Below the pieces are notes generated by a model, which saw nothing but the letters and a program-made list of their open reading frames with translations, ran no database searches and had not been told where the DNA came from. Below are positions 59,278-64,000 of a stretch of 64,000 nucleotides of DNA, piece after piece (the first letter of the stretch is position 1; each line of letters opens with the position of its first letter). Made by a program: the position numbers and the translations under genes. The stretch comes from Obrimoposthia wandeli (Eukaryota), in contig CDROCS010000252.1 in assembly GCA_977020255.1 (NCBI GenBank), positions 1 through 64,000 on the forward strand. The letters run 5' to 3'.

Positions 59278-61176
59278 TTAGTTATTGGCGGTATAGCGAA
59301 ACTTCAGAAATTTTTGCGCACTGCTCAATACCTGAAAAGCCTCTTTCAAACCACGACGCTCTTTACTCGACAGTGTTTCTGGCTCAACTGTATTATCAAC
59401 ATCGTCACCTGCTTCAATAGCGCTGACCTGTTGGCGTATTCGAATCATTGACAAATATTCCAAGGCATCCGAAAGCTCATCTTTTTTACCTTCTGGCAGT
59501 AATGACGACTCAGCGAGATCTTCTAGACGATCGAAGGAATTCTGCGACAATGAGCCTTCAGCTAAAGCATGCACGCGAATCACATCCACCAAAGGCGCTG
59601 TTCCTCGGCGCTTTAAATTAAGGCTGTAACGCTGACGCCCATCTTTTTCTAGAACAAAGTCCTTGAAGAAACCTAATGGCGGTGTCCGATTCAATGCATT
59701 ACGAGACAAGGCAGCGAGAAAAACTGGATTATTTTTTGCTTTTCCTACGATAAATCGAGTCAACTGTTCTGCCCAAGCCACTTTTCCGTCAACCCCCTCT
59801 AAGTCAAAAAATATCGAAGCATTCAGTAACGCTTGTGGATTGGGTCTCTCAATCCATTCACTGAATTGCTGTTTCCAGTCCTTTAAGGTCATCCTCCATT
59901 TTGGATTAGACGCCATGATACCGCCATCGCAATAGCTATAACCGCAAGCATCAAGACCATCGCAGACAAAATCGGCTAACTTCTTAAAATAATCACCATG
60001 TTGAGCTTCATTATAATCAACCGATAATATCAGAGCATTATCTTGATCAGTCACTAGCAACTGCTCTTCTCTTGCCATAGACCCTAATGCTAAAAAGCAA
60101 TAAGGAACTGGTGGTGAGCCTAATTTTTCTTCTGCGAGCTGCAGTAAGCGTTGCTTAAATGTTCTACCGATTACTGACATCGCGCTGCCGATCATATGTG
60201 AACTTGCACCTTCCTGCTGCATTCTCACCATAACAGAAGCCACTTTAGTTGACAGATCTGCTAACCCCTCAACGGATTCCTGCACCAATATTCCGCGCAC
60301 TAGCAAAAGACTGCTTTGAGATTCGTACTGCACAATATCGGTTAACGCGATGATGCCAGTAACCTTATCATGACGAACCAAAGGTAGATGATGAACGTTG
60401 TGCCGCAACATAAGTAACTTGGCTTCATACACATAGGAATCATGGGCAATGGTAATCAGATCTGTCGACATCACATCACGTAAAGGCGTTTCCAGCGAAA
60501 GTCCTTCGGCCAAAACACGCACACGGAAATCACGGTCAGTGATTATTCCCAAAGGAAATGAAGCGCTTTCTTGCCCATCGATATTTAAATTTTCATACTC
60601 GGAAGCCAGTTGATTGAAAACAACAACCGATGACACATGCTGCTCCGTCATTTGCTGAGCACATTCTCGCACGGTAGCGTCTGCCGTTAAATAAACAGGC
60701 TCACTTTGAATAATGTCACGCGCGCGCACGGTCGCCATATCATTTTCGGTATCTTCACTTTGCACAACCTGCTGCAATGTAGAGTGCTCATTGGTTTCAA
60801 AATAGTCACCGAACTCGTCAAATACATCACACATTGCGAGAAACTTTTCTGCAGGTATTCGATAAATTAAAGTATCTTCTAAAGCGCGCACAGGGTAACG
60901 GACATGGCCATTTAGCAGAATTCCCATTTGACCAAACACATCACCAGGCTCAAGACGGTTATATAATTCACCGGTTCGACGAAAAACTTCAACCGAACCA
61001 GAACGAATCATATACAGCGCATCAATCGACGCACCATGATTTAGAATCTGACTTTTTGCTTGATAGTAGCTGACTTCAATTTGGCCACATAATGCGGCTA
61101 TTTCTTCTACCGGCAAACTGTCAAAGGGTTCGTGTGCACTGACGAAGGTGATGACGTCTTGAATCTCAATTGACAT
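59278..61176 (-). CDS. cNMP-binding / CBS-pair / DUF294 nucleotidyltransferase-like protein
   Basis: IRSGSVEV..RL..GDVFG cNMP; GIITDRD and HHLP CBS; LGSMAREEQLLVTDQDNAL NTase; YSYCDGGIMASNP; KRRGTAPLVD. Confidence 0.92.
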   Translation of the reverse strand: MSIEIQDVITFVSAHEPFDSLPVEEIAALCGQIEVSYYQAKSQILNHGASIDALYMIRSGSVEVFRRTGELYNRLEPGDVFGQMGILLNGHVRYPVRALEDTLIYRIPAEKFLAMCDVFDEFGDYFETNEHSTLQQVVQSEDTENDMATVRARDIIQSEPVYLTADATVRECAQQMTEQHVSSVVVFNQLASEYENLNIDGQESASFPLGIITDRDFRVRVLAEGLSLETPLRDVMSTDLITIAHDSYVYEAKLLMLRHNVHHLPLVRHDKVTGIIALTDIVQYESQSSLLLVRGILVQESVEGLADLSTKVASVMVRMQQEGASSHMIGSAMSVIGRTFKQRLLQLAEEKLGSPPVPYCFLALGSMAREEQLLVTDQDNALILSVDYNEAQHGDYFKKLADFVCDGLDACGYSYCDGGIMASNPKWRMTLKDWKQQFSEWIERPNPQALLNASIFFDLEGVDGKVAWAEQLTRFIVGKAKNNPVFLAALSRNALNRTPPLGFFKDFVLEKDGRQRYSLNLKRRGTAPLVDVIRVHALAEGSLSQNSFDRLEDLAESSLLPEGKKDELSDALEYLSMIRIRQQVSAIEAGDDVDNTVEPETLSSKERRGLKEAFQVLSSAQKFLKFRYTANN

Positions 61177-61356
61177 GCCTGACTCCTACTCGATGTAATC
61201 TACTCAGTGTAGCGAAATATAATGCCTCCTTAACAAAGCGCTGACTACTTTTTTATATTTTGTATGATTTAACGGCTTAGATTTTTATTTTCTCAGCTCT
61301 TCTCTGTGCCTCTGTGGTAAATTTCTTTTCTCTTCTCTTCTTTTTCAAGCAGGCAC

Positions 61357-61392
61357 AAAAAAACCCAACTCATTGCTGAGCTGGGTTCTTTT
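61357..61392 (-). terminator. Terminator after fadD
   Basis: AAAAAAACCCAACTCA-TTGC-TGAGCTGGGTTCTTTT. Confidence 0.8.
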
Positions 61393-61417
61393 TAAAACTA
61401 AGTCAAAGCGCTAAAAC

Positions 61418-63139
61418 TTAAGCAGCACTTGCTTCGCGTTTCGCTTTTTCTTCGTCTTTTAATTCACGACGTAAGATCTTACCCACTGGAGTCATAGGCA
61501 ACTCATCACGGAATTCAATCTGACGTGGCATTTTATAAGCCGTTAGCTTGTCTTTACAGAACGTTTTAATGTCTTCAGCCGTTAGGTTTTGATCCGCTGC
61601 AACGATGAAAAGCTTAGCAGCTTCACCGGTCTTGGCATCAGGAACACCAATTACTGCACAGTTTTCAACACCTGGGTGACCGGCAACAACGTCTTCGATT
61701 TCGTTCGGATAAACGTTAAAGCCTGAAACCAAGATCAAGTCTTTAATACGGTCTACAATCTTAACGAAACCATCTTCGTCAATAACTGCAACATCACCGG
61801 TACGTAACCATTCACCATCTGGGCTAAAAGTATCTTTCGTCGCTTCTGGACGATTCCAGTAGCCTTTCATTACTTGTGGGCCTTTAACACAAAGCTCACC
61901 ACGTTCGCCAACAGCCACTTCATCGCCATTATCATCGATACACATAAGTGCAGTACCCGGCATAGCCTGACCAACAGTACCCATACGCTCTAAGCCATTA
62001 GCGGGATTCATCGTTACCGCTGGAGAACACTCGGTTAAACCGTATGCTTCAGAAACACCCGTTCCGGTAATTTCTTTCCAACGCTTAGCAGTATCATCCG
62101 GTAACGCAGTACCACCCGAAAGGGTCAATTTCATTTCACTGAAATCAATCTCTTTAAAGCTAGGGCTTGCCATTAATGATACAAACAAGGTATTCAAACC
62201 GACAACACCGGTTAACTTCCAAGGCTTCATAAAACGAATAAACGTTTCAGTATCACGTGGATTAGCGATCAAAATGCTGTGATCGCCCAATTCAAACAAG
62301 GCCATCAAGTGAACCGTGAAAGAATAGATATGATATAGCGGTAACGGTGCAACGATCACTGCCTGACCTTCACCCTTCATTGGCTTGCCATCGGCAGTCG
62401 TTTGACCTAGCGCAGCAGCAGATTGAAGCATGTTAGCAACGAGATTACGGTTGGTTAATTCAGCGCCCTTAGCAACACCGGTAGTACCGCCAGTATATTG
62501 CAATACGATCGTATCGTGTGGGTTCTTCATGTGGTTTGCTTGGAAACCCTTACCCTTGCCCAACTTCAATGCTTTACGGAAAGAAACGGCTTCAGGAAGA
62601 CTATAAGCAGGCACCATCTTTTTGATGTGCTTTGCGGCAGCGTTAATCAATACACGTTTAAAGCCAGGTAGCATATCCGCTAAACTAGTAACAATAATGT
62701 GCTTTATGCCCGTTTGATCTTTAACACCCTGTACAGACTTTGCAAATACATCCATACAAAGCAGTGCTTTTGCACCAGAATCGTTAAATTGATGAAGCAT
62801 TTCACGTTCGGTATACAGTGGGTTGGTATTCACCACGCGTAAACCCGCACGTAATGCGCCATACATAGCAATAGGATATTGCAGGATGTTTGGCATTTGA
62901 ATAGCGATTGAATCACCCGGCTTTAACGTCGTATGATTTTGAAGATAGCTCGCGAACGCAGCACTGTATTCGTCAATTTGACGATAAGTAAGAGTATAGC
63001 CAATACTGGTAAATGCAGGTCGATCTGCATAGCGTTTAAATGAGTTTTCGATGACTTCAACAACCGAATCATATCTTGATAAGTCGATAGTATCCTGAAT
63101 ACCCGGTGCACGTTTTCCGTCCCAAAAAGAAGCTTCCAC
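61418..63139 (-). CDS. fadD: Long-chain-fatty-acid--CoA ligase
   Basis: LQYTGGTTGVAKG, YGLTECSP, WLRTGD, DRIKDLILVSGFNVYPNEIE, GKILRR. Confidence 0.93.
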   Translation of the reverse strand: MEASFWDGKRAPGIQDTIDLSRYDSVVEVIENSFKRYADRPAFTSIGYTLTYRQIDEYSAAFASYLQNHTTLKPGDSIAIQMPNILQYPIAMYGALRAGLRVVNTNPLYTEREMLHQFNDSGAKALLCMDVFAKSVQGVKDQTGIKHIIVTSLADMLPGFKRVLINAAAKHIKKMVPAYSLPEAVSFRKALKLGKGKGFQANHMKNPHDTIVLQYTGGTTGVAKGAELTNRNLVANMLQSAAALGQTTADGKPMKGEGQAVIVAPLPLYHIYSFTVHLMALFELGDHSILIANPRDTETFIRFMKPWKLTGVVGLNTLFVSLMASPSFKEIDFSEMKLTLSGGTALPDDTAKRWKEITGTGVSEAYGLTECSPAVTMNPANGLERMGTVGQAMPGTALMCIDDNGDEVAVGERGELCVKGPQVMKGYWNRPEATKDTFSPDGEWLRTGDVAVIDEDGFVKIVDRIKDLILVSGFNVYPNEIEDVVAGHPGVENCAVIGVPDAKTGEAAKLFIVAADQNLTAEDIKTFCKDKLTAYKMPRQIEFRDELPMTPVGKILRRELKDEEKAKREASAA

Positions 63140-63288
63140 ATTGTCCCCTTAGCAATAATCGCTATGATAAAAAGTTACACATTCAAACAAATTTGATTTT
63201 GATGAACGCTCTATAACCTGAATTTATTTATTATTAATATTCGTGATGACACTATGACGTAATATTGGCTTGAATTGAAGTACTATTC

Positions 63289-63307
63289 ATGACAGGATTT
63301 CTGTCAT
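63289..63307. promoter_or_regulatory. Palindrome ATGACA-N7-TGTCAT in the fadD/AraC divergent region
   Basis: ATGACAGGATTTCTGTCAT; extra ATGAC half-sites nearby at 63246, 63254, 63317 and 63329. Confidence 0.6.
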
Positions 63308-63316
63308 ATTACGCCA

Positions 63317-64000
63317 ATGACGATTTATATGACTTCTCTCTACTCGCACCAACGGTCTTTTTTGACAACTGACTATTTAAGCCAGCTAATAACACTGATG
63401 GGGCAATTAGGCTTTAGCAGTGAGCAAGTGCTCGCCAATACTCAGTTAAATGCACAAATCATGCAACAGAATACCCGCATTTCTCCCATGCAATATCATA
63501 CCGTTGTCGAAAATGCGCTCTTACTGAGTAAAGATCCTTTATTAGGCATTAAGCATGGCCAAGGTTTAAATATCGCTAGTCATGGTTTTGTCGGTTTTGC
63601 TGCCATGGCAGCGGACGACTTAGATCAAGCATTATCATTGGCTATTCGCTATGCTCGCACCCGAACTTTATTAGCCGATATTCGCTTTCACAAAGAAGAT
63701 GATAGTGCCGTTGTACAAATCAACCGACTCGCATCAATGCCAAGCACCTTCCCTTTTGTCGTTGAAAATATCATTTCAAGCTTCCTAGGAGTCGCACGCT
63801 TTTTAATTCACCAGAGCGATCAAATGTCCGCCGTAGTGAAGTTAAACTACGCACCTCAGGCACCACTGAGTGAATATGAACGCTTATTAGGGGTACCTGT
63901 TCTTTTTAACCAGCCGTATAACCAAGTCTGTTTTCCTGAATATTTATTAGATTTCCCTGTCTCCACGGCTAATTCGACGTCTAGAGGACTGGCTGAAACT
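63317..64000 (+). CDS. AraC family regulator (OruR-like N-terminal domain), runs off window end
   Basis: Not in ORF track; read by hand from ATG 63317 (or 63329): ...DPLLGIKHGQGLNIASHGFVGFAAMAADDLDQALSLAIRYARTRT..., no stop seen before 64000. Confidence 0.85.
   Translation, partial: MTIYMTSLYSHQRSFLTTDYLSQLITLMGQLGFSSEQVLANTQLNAQIMQQNTRISPMQYHTVVENALLLSKDPLLGIKHGQGLNIASHGFVGFAAMAADDLDQALSLAIRYARTRTLLADIRFHKEDDSAVVQINRLASMPSTFPFVVENIISSFLGVARFLIHQSDQMSAVVKLNYAPQAPLSEYERLLGVPVLFNQPYNQVCFPEYLLDFPVSTANSTSRGLAET

Noticed and set aside
1320-63141. Numerous short (60-153 aa) ORFs in the track overlapping larger genes (e.g. 1320-1520, 18729-19118, 35644-36015, 55987-56448, 34178-34441)
   Set aside because: Antisense or alternate-frame shadows of well-supported genes, with no motifs or RBS support
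63182-63197. PsrA-like site TTCAAACAAATTTGAT upstream of fadD
   Set aside because: Only one good half-site and the spacing is shorter than the recalled consensus; too weak to call

Overview
Chromosomal window from an AT-rich marine-type gammaproteobacterium. Gene content resembles Oceanospirillales lipid/hydrocarbon degraders, but that assignment is inference. Most of the window is core or metabolic: arsC-arsR fusion, argG, queCE, liuR-liuABCDE, thiolase/FabG, alkyl sulfatase, pldA, ExeM-type nuclease, three tRNA-fMet, mltC-like, msrA, acyl-CoA dehydrogenase, BCCT, DUF294/exonuclease and fadD. The standout is an ~8 kb cluster at 5826-13848 on the minus strand. It encodes three secreted paralogs with variable N-termini and a nearly invariant C-terminal cohesin-like / X-module / dockerin block resembling the Clostridium CipA X-dockerin, followed by a single-cohesin protein with a C-terminal membrane anchor. 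This looks like a cellulosome-type cohesin-dockerin assembly system without recognisable enzymes, potentially self-polymerising, in a diderm bacterium. All domain calls were made by eye from motifs; no database searches were run.
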